DNA of 64,000 nt. Source: Octopus vulgaris. Taxonomy: Eukaryota. Where the stretch lies: contig OX597819.1 of the NCBI GenBank assembly GCA_951406725.2, forward strand, positions 13,392,001 through 13,456,000. The letters run 5' to 3'. This document shows, piece after piece, positions 41,536 to 55,790 of the stretch. The position numbers were made by a program, and so were the translations under genes. The notes under the pieces were generated by a model. That model saw nothing but the letters and a program-made list of their open reading frames with translations. It ran no database searches and was not told the DNA's origin. Within the stretch, counting starts at the first letter, position 1. Each line of letters begins with the position of its first letter.

Positions 41536-44500
41536 TACTACTACCCTGTGTGCATATGCAAAAGCAGAGTATTGTAATCACTCATCTTTGTCTGTGCGTT
41601 TGCAAAATTATTGGAAAATGGTCGAGCGGATTTTCACCAAATTTGGCAGAAATACTCATTGGGTGAGTGGCTCGAAATGATGAAAATTTGGTTTGATTAT
41701 CTTCAAACATGCAATAAATACATACACAGATATGCATATGTGTGTGTGTATGTGTGTGTGTCTGTGTGTACAGTGATGGATTCAAGGGTTTCGTTTATTA
41801 ATGAGTTGATATCCGAATTTCACCGGAGTATAAATATACCTATAATGGTGATATTTAATCGAACTTACAAATTTCCCAATAAGCCAGTGATCATATTATT
41901 TATATCCTACAATGAACTATGAAAGATAGTGCAAAACACTTCTCAAATTCTATGCAATATTTTCTATAAGTATTTCATTTTGTTCACTTTCTTCTTCATA
42001 ATCATGATTATTATTTGAAGAATCATTTATTTAGTCATTTGCAAATTTTACTCATATATATAATTTGTATGTTGAACTTTCCAAAACAACCTTTGATTTT
42101 CTTTGTCAACTTGTATTTTAGTATTTCACTGTAAAACTATTGAATATAGAAAGTTTTTTTTTTTTTTTTGAACACACATAATTCTTCAGTGAAAAATTGG
42201 AGAAGAATCTTCATTTTACGTTATTTTTTTCTTAATTTTAATTCCAAACCCCTTAAAATAACATTCAAATTTCTTGACCAACTCATATTTTAATGTTTTC
42301 GCAAAAACCAATTGAAATACGAGTAGCTGCTTCCACGTGCCTGGTGGAAATGAAAAATTATAAATTCACTTCTTTGACCATATTTCCTTTAACTTCAATC
42401 ATATTTTTGGATAAAAAAAAAACAAACAGATTTTTGTAATTTATCTGCATTGCCCCCTCCAGTGCCTTTTTTCTTCATTATTATAATTATTTTAATTTTA
42501 TCTTTTATTAAAGAGAGTCCTATGAAGACATTTCTATTCTGGACATTCAATTTGCCTATGACATCACAAAACTTGTTAAATTGGACTCAAATCGGTAAGT
42601 TGATTACTTAGATACTCTAAATTCAGTATTTATGTTTGTTGTGTTGTTTTTTATTGTTGTTGTTGTTTAACCCCGAGTATCCCTGATCCAACAGTCCTCT
42701 GATCAACCAAATCAATTCTTGTTTTAATCTGACAGTTTTTTTTTTCTAAGACATAGCATCAGTTATATAAGTCCCGGTTGTTGTTTTTGCTGTTTAGTCC
42801 AAATGTATTCCAGTCATGACCATCCTGTCTTTTCCCCCAACACAGTACATTGAGGACCATATTGTCCAACATGTCCTTCTTTTCAAATACTCTATAGTGT
42901 AACTGTTATTTCTATCAGATCAGGTGACCATGTAGAAGCCACATTGTTAACTTGACAACTTACTGTTAATTATCAGAGGATTAATTTACTTGATTGTAAA
43001 CTCCAAATACAAATCCTCACTGCTTTGTGAGTGCGTTGGAAAAGGTTAAGGGAGCCAAACCTCAAAAGGTAATCAAGGAGTGGGGCCCTTAACTCCTTAG
43101 TTTTCAGATTATCTCTCTGCAAATGTAATCTTTATCTATACACATTGTTTTGAATTTATCAGGCATCATCTTGTAGCTTTGAGATTTTGATGATGATGAT
43201 CATGATCATCATCATCATTTAACGTCCATGTTCCATGCTAGCATGGGTGGGAAAGTGCCACAAGAGCCAGCCAGGCTGAAGCCTGCACCAGACTTTTATG
43301 ACTGTTTTGGCAGGATTATTCCTAACACCAACTACTCAGCAGAGTGGACTTAGTGCTTTTTATGTGGCACAAGCACAGGCAAGGTCAGTTTGGCAAGGTT
43401 TTTACAGCTGGATACCTTTCCAAACGCCAAACCACTTTACCAGTGTGGACTGGATGCTTTTTAAGTGGCACCTGCACTGACAGGGTTACCAAGTACTTAC
43501 ATGACAAAAACTTTTAAGAGGGGAGGAGGCATTGGAAGAGGTGATGATGAAAAGATTATAGTGAGTTGGATACAGGTGTCTTGCTGTAGAGGAAGTACAA
43601 GGTTACCTGGCTAGAGAGAGAAAGATCTGGAATAGAGACAGAAACTGGTGTGCTACCGCAAAGAAAATACATGGTTGTTCAACCTGAGGGAAGTGCAGGG
43701 GAGAGAGAGAGAGAATGGGAAACCGCAAGATGAAGATGGGGTTCAAACGCCATAATATAAGTGACAGGATTTTGTGAAGGGAGTGCGAGTAAGTGGCAAA
43801 AGACCTGGGTATATATAGATGGAGGGGCTACTGGGTAGCAATGCTGCAGAGGAACAGGGGTGTGAGGACAGGATTGGGGAGTGAGAGCTAGGCATGGTGA
43901 ATGAAGATGGTGAGCTGCTAGATGCAGGAGGAAAGAGTGAGAAAAAGTTGTGGCGAAAGAGTCAGCAGAAGTTTGCTATTACCTTCTGCCAGAGCTGCAT
44001 GGAGCTTAGGTGTTTTGCTCATAAACACACCAATCGCCTGGTCTGAGATTCGAACCCGCAATCCCTCAACTGCGAGTCCGCTGCTCTAACCACTAGGCCA
44101 TGAGCCTCCAGTCATGTAAACATATACAGGCTCTTTTATTGGTTTGGCTTATTTGATTGATTATAGGGTGGGTAACATGGGGGAGGGATAAAAACAAAAT
44201 TGACCTTGACAAGAACTGGAAGGAACAGAACTAAATATCACCAAATATTTATTTTGTCAATCATTTCCCTGGTTCTGCCATCCACTGCTTCTTCTGAGAT
44301 GAATACATGAGCTTCTCTCCCACCCACTCCTGCCTCTCTCATTTTGTTAGCAGCATACGTTCTGAGTTCAAATTCCGCCGAGGTCGACTTTGCCTTTCAT
44401 CCTTTCGGGGTCGATAAATAAAGTACCACTTTCCAACTGGGGTCGATGTAATCGACTGAATCCCTTTGTCTGTCCTTGTTTGTCCCCTCTATGTTTAGCC

Positions 44501-47500
44501 CCCTGTGAGCAGTAAAGAAATACATTCTTATTTTTTAAAATTTAATAACAAACATCTCAGTGATAAAAAGTGTAAAATATGTTTTATTACCATTTAAATT
44601 TCTAGTTTTTTGTTTTGCAGTTATTTTTACTGCAAGTTTCATCTGTTTGTGAAAAAAAAACCCAAAAAACTTAATATTTGACTTTGGTTTGTTGCAGGCG
44701 AAGAGCTCTGGAAGCTAAAGTGAATTCAGAAAATGAATACCATAAAACTGGTCAAAGACCTACTCTTCGTCCATACCACTGTGGTCAGTTTTGTTGTTGC
44801 TGTAATAGATGTGGATGTCAAAATGTGAGGAGATGCTAATTTTCTTTTCCTTATTTATTTGTTATGATATTTATTTTTTTAATTTAAAACTTTACTCACC
44901 AAAACAAACCAATTTTCATTTAGTATTGTGCCACCTGCCACAATACTAGACACCCACTCAGTCAAAGAATCTTGTCTTGCAAGTTACTTGGTGACCTCAC
45001 TAGTGCCAGTTCCACAAAGGAAGCACCCAGTACACTCTGTAAAGTGGTTGGCATTAGGAAGGGCATCCAGCTGTAGAAACCCTACCAATACAGGCACTGG
45101 CATTTAACACAACCTTTTGATTTGTCAGATTCCGTGCCAGCATGGAATACGGATGCTAAATGATGATTGTGTTGTGTATGTATGTATTTATGTGTGATTA
45201 AAATAACCATCATGTCTGATGTCCTACTTTGTATTTAACTATAATCGTCAACGTCCAAATCTCTGTTTGTCTCAGGTTGATGCTATTGAGTACTACACAG
45301 AAGATGAAATGAGACTAAGCAATAAAGTGGAGACTGAAAAAGTTTGTGCCTATCAACGACCCCTAGGAATGGCCTTCCTCACTCTTGCTACAGATGTCAT
45401 GGCTGAAAAGTAAGTTAATATTCATCATCATTATCATTTAACCATTTCATTACTGTTTTTATTTTGAGATGCTCTGTGTTTCTTTCAATTAATTTTAAAT
45501 ATAACAAAGAATTTAGTAAAATAACTTAGTTATCATTAAGCTAGTGTGGAAGATTTTAATTCAGAACTTTTGAAAACAAGACATTTCTACTACAGAGCCA
45601 GAAGCGGTTTCAGCCGAGTTGGTATCAAAAGGGTTAAGAATTGTTTCTCTGTTATATATTTTAATCCTTTATGTTACCATATTTCTGTTGAGATGCTCTG
45701 TTTTTTTCAATTAATTTTAAATATAACAAAGAATTTAGTAAAATAACTTAGTTATCGTTCAATTAGTGTTAGGAACATAAATTGTGATTGAGGCTTCGTG
45801 GAAGATTTTTATTCAGAACTTTTGAAAACAAGACATTTGTACTACAGAGCCAGAGGTGGTTTCAGCTAGGTTGGTAATGAAAGGGTTAAGAATTGTTTCT
45901 CTAATATATATTTTAACCCTTTTGTTACCATATTTCTGTTGAGATGCTCTGTGTTTTTTTCAATTAATTTTAAATATAACAAAGAATTTAGGAAAATAAC
46001 TTAGTAATCACTAAATTAGTGTTAGGAACATAAATTGTGACTAAGGTTTGGTGGAAGATTTTAATACAAAACTTAGGAAAACAAGACATTTGTATTACAG
46101 AGGTCAGAGTCGGTTTCAGCTGGGTTGGTAACAAAAGGGTGAATGTCTGTTGTCCATGCTGGAATGGGTTGGATGGTTTGACCAGGGCTGGTAAGCTGGA
46201 AGGCCTCATATTTATGGGGAAGGGATTAAGTCAATTACATTGACCTCAGTGCATAACGAGTAATTATTTAATCGAAAGGATGAAAGGCAAAGTTGAACTC
46301 AGAACGTAGCAGCAGACAAAATACTGCTAAGCATTTCACCCAGCATGCTAATGATTCTGCCAGCTTGTTGCTTTAATAATAATAATAATAATAAGATTTG
46401 CTTGTCAGTTGTTTGACCTTAACCAGTTGAGCATGTCCCTTAGTGGCTGACGATATGTGCATCTCTGATCATGAGCAGAAGTAGTGGGGGAGCATCATAG
46501 CCATGTGTTGAGAGGGATTCTTTGGGGTTCGAATAATTCACCTCTGGAAACATGGGTGGTTCTTTCAACATCCTTAAACAACCCTTATTCAGGGACCTTT
46601 TGAGCGGGATGGGCTACTCGACCTGAAGAAAATTTTAACTGGGCCCCACCTGCAAGGTCATGCGCTGTTTACCTTGATATGAGATGACCATGTCGCGCAC
46701 ATATGGTTGTGATGCATGTGCCAGGTGTACCCTTATCAGACGGGTAGTCATGATGGGTATATTGGGCTTCGTATATTTTACCCCAGTATCACTTTGATGG
46801 CATGAACTGCTCTCTCACTCAATAATAATAATAATAATCCTTTCTACTATAGGCACAAGGCCTGAAATTTTGCAGGAAGTAGTAAGTCGATTGCATCATC
46901 CCCAGTACTCAACTGGTACTTATTTCATTGACCCCAAAAGGATGAAAAGCAAAGTTGACTTCATTAGGATTTGAACTCAAAACATAAAGATGTATAAAAT
47001 GATGCCAATCATTTTTCCCCCAGTGTGCTAACGATTCTGCCAGTTTGCCAATAATTAACAATTTCTGCTTTAGGCACAAAGCTTGAAATTTGTGGATAGG
47101 GGACAGTTGATTACATCTGGTCCAGAGTATATATATCTATATATATATATATATATATATATAGGGGAAGGAGTGGCTATGTGGTAAGAAGCTTGCTTCC
47201 CGGCCACATGGTTCCGGGTTCAGTCCCACTGTATGGCACCTTGGGCAAATGTCTGTGCCATGTGAAGAGCACACATGCCCGCACCGCGTGAAGAGCACCG
47301 ATGTTGGTGTCACACGAAGAGCACACATGTTGGTTCCACGTGAAGAGCATGCATGCCCGTGCTACGTGAAGAGCACACATGCCCATGCCACGTGAAGAGC
47401 ACCCGTACCTGTGCCACATGAAGAGCACGCATGCCCATGCCATGTGAAGAGCACCTGTACCTGTGCCACATGAAGAACACCTGTGCCCATGCCATGTGAA

Positions 47501-49292
47501 GAGCACCTGTACCTGTGCCACATGAAGAACACCTGTGCCCATGCCATGTGAAGAGCACACATGCCAGTGTCACAAAAGGAGCACACATGCTGGTGTCACA
47601 TGAAGAGCACACATGCCTGTTCCACATGAAGAGTGCCTGTGCCATGTGAAGAGCATGCATACTAGTGTCACATAAAGTGCACCTGTGCCAGTGTCATGTG
47701 AAGAGCATCCTTACAGCGCCACGTGAAGAGCACCCATGACTGTGCCACATAAATAGCACCCGCACCTGTGCCATTTAAAAGTACCCAGTACACTTTGTAA
47801 AGTGGTTGGCGTTAGGAAGGGCATTCAGCCGTAGAAACCATGCCAAAAACAGACAATTGGAGCTTGGTGCAGCCCTCCGGCTTGCCAGCTCTTGTCAAAC
47901 TGCTCAACCCTAGTTAACATAGATGTCAATTGGTGAGTATAGATTTGCAGCTAATTAAAACATTTTGAAGAAAATTAGGTAAATTTTAACAATTATTTTG
48001 TTGCTTTCATCAGGAATTTTAATTAAATTTTTTAACAATAATTAATGAAGATGATGGAAACTTTTCATGATAGAGATGCATTAAGTTTCAGTAATTGTGA
48101 ATTAATATCTTCTTTTGTTTCTAATATTTATTAGAGTACACCAAGATTTCCAAGCTGTTTGCCAGGGAGTCCATAATTCTGCTGTATCTAGTGTTAGTGA
48201 AGAGATTGGTGTTGGCCATTGGGAGATCTCTTATGCACCCTCACCTGGTAACATTTACTGGTAAGGAAACACACTTGTCCTTTCTTTTTCTTTTTCTTTT
48301 TTGATCAGGTACAAAATTGCTTAAACTTTATAACAGTAAAATCATTAATTTTGTTCATTTCTACATCTTTCGTTTGTAACAATTTAACTCTTTCCGACAC
48401 ATATATTTAATTCTTTATTGCCCACAGAGGGCTAAACATAGGGGACAAACAAGGACAGACAAAGTTCTTTATAGCTTTCTGCCATTGACCCCAGTGCGTA
48501 ACTGGTATTTATTTAATCGACCCCGAAAGGATGAAAGGCAAAGTCAACCTTGGCGGAATTTGAACTCAGAATGTAAAGATAGACTAAATACCTATTTCTT
48601 TACTACCCACAAGGGGCTAAACATAGAGGGGACGAACAGGGACAGACAAACGGATTAAGTCGATTATATCGACCCCAGTGCGTAATTGGTACTTATTTAA
48701 TCGATCCTGAAAGGATGAAAGGCAAAGTCGACCTCGGTGGAATTTGAACTCAGAACGTAGTGACAGACGAAATACCGCTAAGCATTTCGCCCGGCGTGCT
48801 AACATTTCTGCCAGCTCACTGCCTTTCTAGCATATATATTGTGATCTCTTCTGTATTATGTTTATGAATTCTCTTAATTGCTCATCTATGGAAAAATAAC
48901 AAAAATCTGGAGTTTCACATGAAATTTTTCAAATAAAGTTGTAACCTACAGATTCGAGAAGATTTCTTATTTTATCAAATATAATGAGATGCAGGGCAAA
49001 AATGGTTTCTGTTTCCTAATAATACCGAACAACAAAGCTAAATACTTTATAGTATCTGCCTAATTCTTTATAGCTTTCTGCTATTCCACCATTTTCCTTA
49101 CAGACAAAATATGAACATTAAACATCATAGGCACAGGAGTGACTGTGTGATAAGAAGCTTGCTTCTTAACCACATGGTTCTGGGTTCAGTCCCACTGCAT
49201 GGCACCTTGGGCAAGTGTCTTCTACTATAGCCTCAGGCCAATCAAAGCCTTGTGAGTGGATTTGGTAGATGGAAACTAAAAGAAGCCCATCA

Positions 49293-49332
<40 letters not shown>

Positions 49333-49480
49333 CAAGATTGCCCATATAATACAGTAAATGAATTGATTGCATCGCAATCCTTAACATTTATGTATTAACT
49401 TTGTTGGGTACTTCACTAGCAGTATATTGGATATATGTTATCCCATGGAGGGTTGCATTTACAACCCCTATCTCAATTTT

Positions 49481-49528
<48 letters not shown>

Positions 49529-52500
49529 CTTTTAATATAGGATAACGTTTTTTTCTGAAAAATTTCATCAAGTGGCCAGCATATTAAAATACCTTTTAAG
49601 GTGAAAATTATAAACAGTTATAAATAAGGGCAAAAGAAAAAATTTCTATGTCAATATGCTGAGAAATAGACTTTTAAGCGTCAATCACCACATACAATAT
49701 ACATCTCTATAAATGCATGCCATGTTGCAAATGAGGAAAGCAAACTAATGGAATCTTTTTCTTAATTCATTATCTCTGAATTGAATGATTTCGGGATTAA
49801 TCCAATGGATTTTCCCATTTATCAGCAGAGAATATGATAAAAAATAAATAAAGTGGTTGGCATTAGGAAGGGCATCCGGTCATAGAAACCATGCCAAAAC
49901 ATGGATTCTGGTGCAGCTCTGCAGCTGACCAGCTCCTGTCAAACCGTCCAACCCATGCCAGCATGGAAAATGGATGTTAAATAATAATAATAATAATAAT
50001 AAATAATAATAATAATAATAAAAACATTGTGTACAGTGCTCAGGTGCACTACAACTCCTCTAAAGTGTATGTATAATCAGGTGTAGTTTCGGCGGATTTC
50101 GGAAAGCATGAGGGCCTTAAAGGATGCAGTGTCATGGCAGTCAACAACTGACGCAGGCAGTTTGTTCCATGCTTCAGCAACTCTGAGCATGAAAAAATGT
50201 TTCCGAAAGTCATGTTGTTTACTGACTTTGTAGGCATGTCCACATGTGTTAGACACATGAAGATCAAAAATGATGATAATGCATGGATTGCACATATGTT
50301 ATACAATGATTCCATGAGCTATACACCTCCGCCTCCTCCCTAGTATTTATGTAATCCTGGTTTATTTTTTCTTTCTAGGGAAAACCTCTCCATCCCTGTG
50401 TGGAACTGGTGGCTCCGAGTGATCTTAATCAACACAGTTCTTACTGTACTTCTATTTTTTCTTACTACACCAGCTATCATTATGAACCAACTTAATGAAA
50501 TAAATTATCAGAAAGCTTTTCATGACTTACATGTAAGTGTACAATCTTGCTCTCTCTGATTCTCACTCTCTCTCTCTCTCTCACTCTTAATTTCTTCTAA
50601 TCTTTCAATCATCTTCACCGTTATTTAATGGGTTTTTTTTTCCCCATACTAGTATATGGCATGGGGCAGGCACTGTTTCTCTGTTAATCTTATTTCTTTA
50701 CTGACCACAAGGGGCTACACACAGAGGGGACAAACAAGGACAGACAAATGGATTATGTCAATTATATCGACCCCAGTGCGTAACTGGTACTTATTTAATT
50801 GATCTTGAAAGGACGAAAGGCAAAATTGACCTTGGTGGAATTTGAACTCAGAACGTAACAGCAGATGAAATACCTATTTCTTTATTACCCACAAGGGGCT
50901 AAACACAGAGGGGACAGACACAGGTATTAAGTCGATTACATCGACCCCAGTGCGTAACTGGTACTTAATTTATCGACCCCGAAAGGATGAAAGGCAAAGT
51001 CGACCTTGGCGGAATTTGAACTCAGAACGTAACAGCAGATGAAATACCGCTAAGCATTTCGCCCGACATGCTAACGTTTCTGCCAGCTTGCCGCCTTCTC
51101 TATTAACCTTCTTGTTATACTGCTGCTCATCTTATACGTCCATAACTTACAAATCCACTTGCAAGGCTTTGGTTGGCCCAAGGGTAAAGTAGAGAACACT
51201 TACCAAAGGTGCCATGCAGTGGGATTGAACTTGAAACCACTAAGCTTTAAATTATCACGATAATTAAAATTACAATTTTCCTTACTATGAAACTGTTTGT
51301 GTGTGTGTGTGTTTTTAGATGTATCAATCAGTTCAGCTGTTCTACGCCTGAATGTGTACACTGCCCAAGGCTGTATGTGAACTCAGATCATTTATTATGA
51401 AAGGATGAGGATAGATATCCTAATTATCATCTCAACCAATGAGATTTATTCAATTATAAACTCTAATTAGACAATGTTTGTGATGTATTTTCAGAATGAG
51501 TTGTTGGTACAGTTTGTTCCTACGTTTCTTATATGGATATTATCGGCCATTCTACCTATAATTGTCTATTACTCAGACCAATATATTGGCTACTGGACGA
51601 GGTAAGATGTATTTTTGTCTTTTTCTAAAACATCCACTTCCTACTTCTCTGGCATAACATGTCACCATTTTATTCAGTTTCATGTGGTGACTCAATTTGT
51701 TAGAATTGATCACCAGATATCCTTCAAATTACGCCCTAGAAAGACATTTTGGATATTGTAGTTCTAGATCAGTGGTTCCCAAAATGGGGGCAATGGAAAG
51801 TTCCAAGGGAGCATTGAAGAAAAGTGGGGTTATAATGGGGGTAGTGATTCATGTAAAAACAAAGTAATGGGTTTGTTAGGTTAAGTTTTATTTGTGAAAT
51901 ACAGTTGCTTTGAGTTTGCTTCAGAAAGAGGTCTGTGTTTGTGAGGGTTAGTTGGGGTGGGAGAACTAGGAATGTGGCCTGGGTGTCAAGGGGGCAGCAT
52001 CCCGGAAAAGTTTGGGAACCACTGTTTTAGATAGACTCTCTGAAAATAGATGGAATGATATTTTGATTAAATATTTAATGAACCAGGACTGACCTGGGAT
52101 TAGACAAGATCTTGTTTATGAGATCTGACAGCATTGCTTCTCTTTTATCCATCTTCTGTACTTTCTTCAGATATCACTCTTTTTAATTATAAGTCCATAC
52201 CATCTCGGCCATCAACATTGTTGAAGAATTGATAGTTTGTTAGGTTGTCTTGGACTCCCATATGATGACATAAAAGTCATCCAATCATACAAAACTCTTG
52301 TCAACTGATGCAGGCATAGATAAAACAATGATGATAGTATGAGATTCAGATACCAATTTTTTTTTTTTTTGTGTGGGACATGAAATCCTCAATTTTTGGG
52401 AGTTTTTAAAATGTGATGTAGAAGTGGAATAAATGTTGAGTACAAAAATGGCTTTATGGTGTCTCAGAGCAGAATACTTCCTTTGTCTTAAATTAACTAG

Positions 52501-55500
52501 CAGAGAGAGAGAGAGAGAGATAAGTACCATTGTCATTTGTGTTATTTATTTATTTTTTTTATGCACCCTTTTCAAGCCTAGCCAGGCTCATGGACCCAGT
52601 TTCCCGGTTTCTGTGGCATATGTGTTCCCCCCAGCTGGACGGTACACCAGTCCCTCACAGTGTTACTCAAGAAACAGGAAGAAAGAGTGAAAGAAAGTTG
52701 TGGTGAAAGAGTACAACAGGGGTTGTTGCCACCCCCTGCCGGAGCCTCATGGAGCTTTTAGGTGTTTTCGCTCAATAAACACACACAACATCCGGTCTGG
52801 GAATTGAAACCGCGATCCTCCAATCGCAAGTCCACTGCTCTAACCACTGGGCCATTGCGCCTCCACCATCTGGAGTTTTATCTAAAGAGAGGTGTATCTC
52901 TCACCTGCTTCACACTATGAAATTGGATGTTCAGGAAGTAAGAAGAGGAGGCTGTGTTCTAAAATACATATTGTTTTGTTTATTTAGTTACCTCAATTAT
53001 TTCTACTTATAAACAATACCTACAAATACCTCAAGGTACCTTTAGCACTAAATTTAACAATACTCAATGTTGGTGAAAAAAAAATGGTTCCTTTTCTCTA
53101 TGAATGCTCATTTTTATAAAATAATTGGTTTTGTATATTTTGTATTTGGTTTTCAAGATTCTCTGTGTGAACTTGTAATAAAAGATGATTCTGTATACAG
53201 GGGTGGGCAAAAGGGGGAGGCTATAGTTGCTTGATATGAGTGTAATATTCTTTTCGTTTCTCTGTTTCCTTTTTAGGATAAGAATTCTATGTTCTTTGTA
53301 GTAAAATAATTATTCCTAACAGTTTAGGAAAGAAACAGAGAAATGGAAAGATCATTCCACTCATATTATGCAGCTGTAATATACCTACTTTTGCCCACCT
53401 TTGTATCGATGCGATTGAAATTTTCAAAATCATCCACTTATCCTTCCTTCCCTTTCTATTCTTGTTACCAATGGCTACGAGTCACTGCTTTTATTTGAGT
53501 AACAAGACTTATATTTGGCTGAGTTTTCTCACAATAAACATCTTTATTCTGTGTTCCAGGAGTGCCGAGCACCATGCTGTGATGAGAAAAACCTTTATCT
53601 TCCTTGTATTTATGGTTCTGATATTGCCTTCTCTAGGACTTACAAGGTATAAAAAAACCCCTGTCATATTGTATTTTGATGCATTTGTCTCCTCTTGTAT
53701 TATCTGTGTTGTTTTTGTGCCAGGTTCTTTTGATTTCTATCTCTTACTAACTTTTGTGTTGTGTCTGTATCTAATGCTTTCCCTATTAGCACTCATTTAT
53801 AACTTTTATTATAATTTATTATTCCTCTTTCTCTTTACTTGTTTCAGTCATTTGACTGCGGCCATGCTGGAGCACCGCCTTTAGTCGAGCAAATCGACCC
53901 CGGGACTTATTCTTTGTAAGCCCAGTACTTATTCTATCGGTCTCTTTTGCCGAACCGCTAAGTGACGGGGACGTAAACACACCAGCATCGGTTGTCAAGC
54001 AATGCTAGGGGGACAGACACAGACACACAAACATATACACACACACTTATATATATATATACATATATACGACAGGCTTCTTTCAGTTTCCATCTACCAA
54101 ATCCACTCACAAGGCATTGGTCGGCCCGGGGCTATAGCAGAAGACACTTGCCCAAGATGCCACGCAGTGGGACTGAACCCGGAACCATGTGGTTGGTTAG
54201 CAAGCTACTTACCACACAGCCACTCCTGCACCTATAGATTTTGCTTTGTAATGTCCTTTTAATAAACTATTTAAATAAAGATGAGTCAACCATGTCAAAC
54301 ACTTTATTCACACGGCATTGTGCTTCATTGCTGGTTACTGCCATATTTAGGTCATTATTTAAATCAATAACTCAGCATGGTGCTGTTTTGCACCCAACTT
54401 GACTTTAATCAGACATATGCATGATCTTGTGAATTCTCACTATGATCACCTCATCTTTTTTTGTATATATATGACCCCTTGCTTAATGTGTCCCTTCATC
54501 TTCCAGACAGCAAGATGTGGTTTGTCAGAGGTTTAGCTGCTATTTCTAAGTTGTTGAATGACCATTTACAAGTTCCTCCATTATCTTGCTGTTTGGGGAA
54601 TATATCAATAAAAGGCAACTTTGTTATCAAATAATTCCATCTTCCAACGTCCTCAACAATAGTCAGAATTTGTATTCCATATTCTACACTTTGACACATT
54701 TCTGTTGTCGGTACCAAGTATTCTTGTCATTAGTTTTCTTCTCTTCTGTTTCAGCGTCAAAGCCTTACTTGAATGGGCAGTAAAAGACAAACAACATCGT
54801 TACAGATGGCAGTAAGTAATCTTAAGCCTTTATCCTTTTGCATCCCTATATCTCCCTCTCTACTGCTCGTCCACATCATTTTACTTCTTTCTGTTCTGTT
54901 TTCCTTCCTCATCCACTCCTACGTCTCCCACCTTCCCCCTCTCCATACTGCACAATTAGTTTCAAGTACTTTTAGTAGAGTCCACACTGCTATAAGCATT
55001 TGGACCAGGTTTTGAACCAGAGGAACCAGGTTTCTGCTTCCTACTCTAGCATTGTTTCTTCCTCCTTCCAGTCTTGGATGCCATGGTCATAAGTATTGCT
55101 GTTCTTCTTCTGCTTAACCCTTTGGTGTTTAAGCCGGCCATATCCGGCCCAAATATTCTACATGTTTTACATTCAAACTGGCCATATCTGGCCCCTCACA
55201 CCTAACCTACATTGACATTCTAAGAATAAACTATCACACCATTGAAACTTCAAAGCTGTAAGATAATGTATGATTAATTCAAAACAATTTAAGTGAAAAA
55301 TGTATTACATTTAACAGATTAATCTGAACACTAAAGGGTTGGTTAAATGATGAAAAAAGAAAATAACATTCATATTCTTTCAAAATGTTGTGAGCTGTTG
55401 ATAAACTTGATGTTGTTGTTGTTTTCCACAGGTGTATCTTTGTGTCTGGAAATGGTGCTTTTTTTGTAAATTATGTGATAACATCAGCATTTATTGGTAC

Positions 55501-55746
55501 TGGTTTGGAGTTGATGCGTTTCTCCGAACTGTTCAACTATGGAATCCGTATAATGTGTGCTCGTTCTACAGCAGAAAAAACTGCTGTGCGTAAGGTGAGT
55601 TGGTTTTGTTGTATTCAAGGTAAACAATTATCTTATGAAACACATACAGTAACCATAAGAGCATCTCAACAAACCACAGCACATACCCAAGACACACAGA
55701 GCTGCGCTCAGTAGTGAAGTGAAAGCACGCTATAAAAATAAAACTA

Positions 55747-55790
<44 letters not shown>

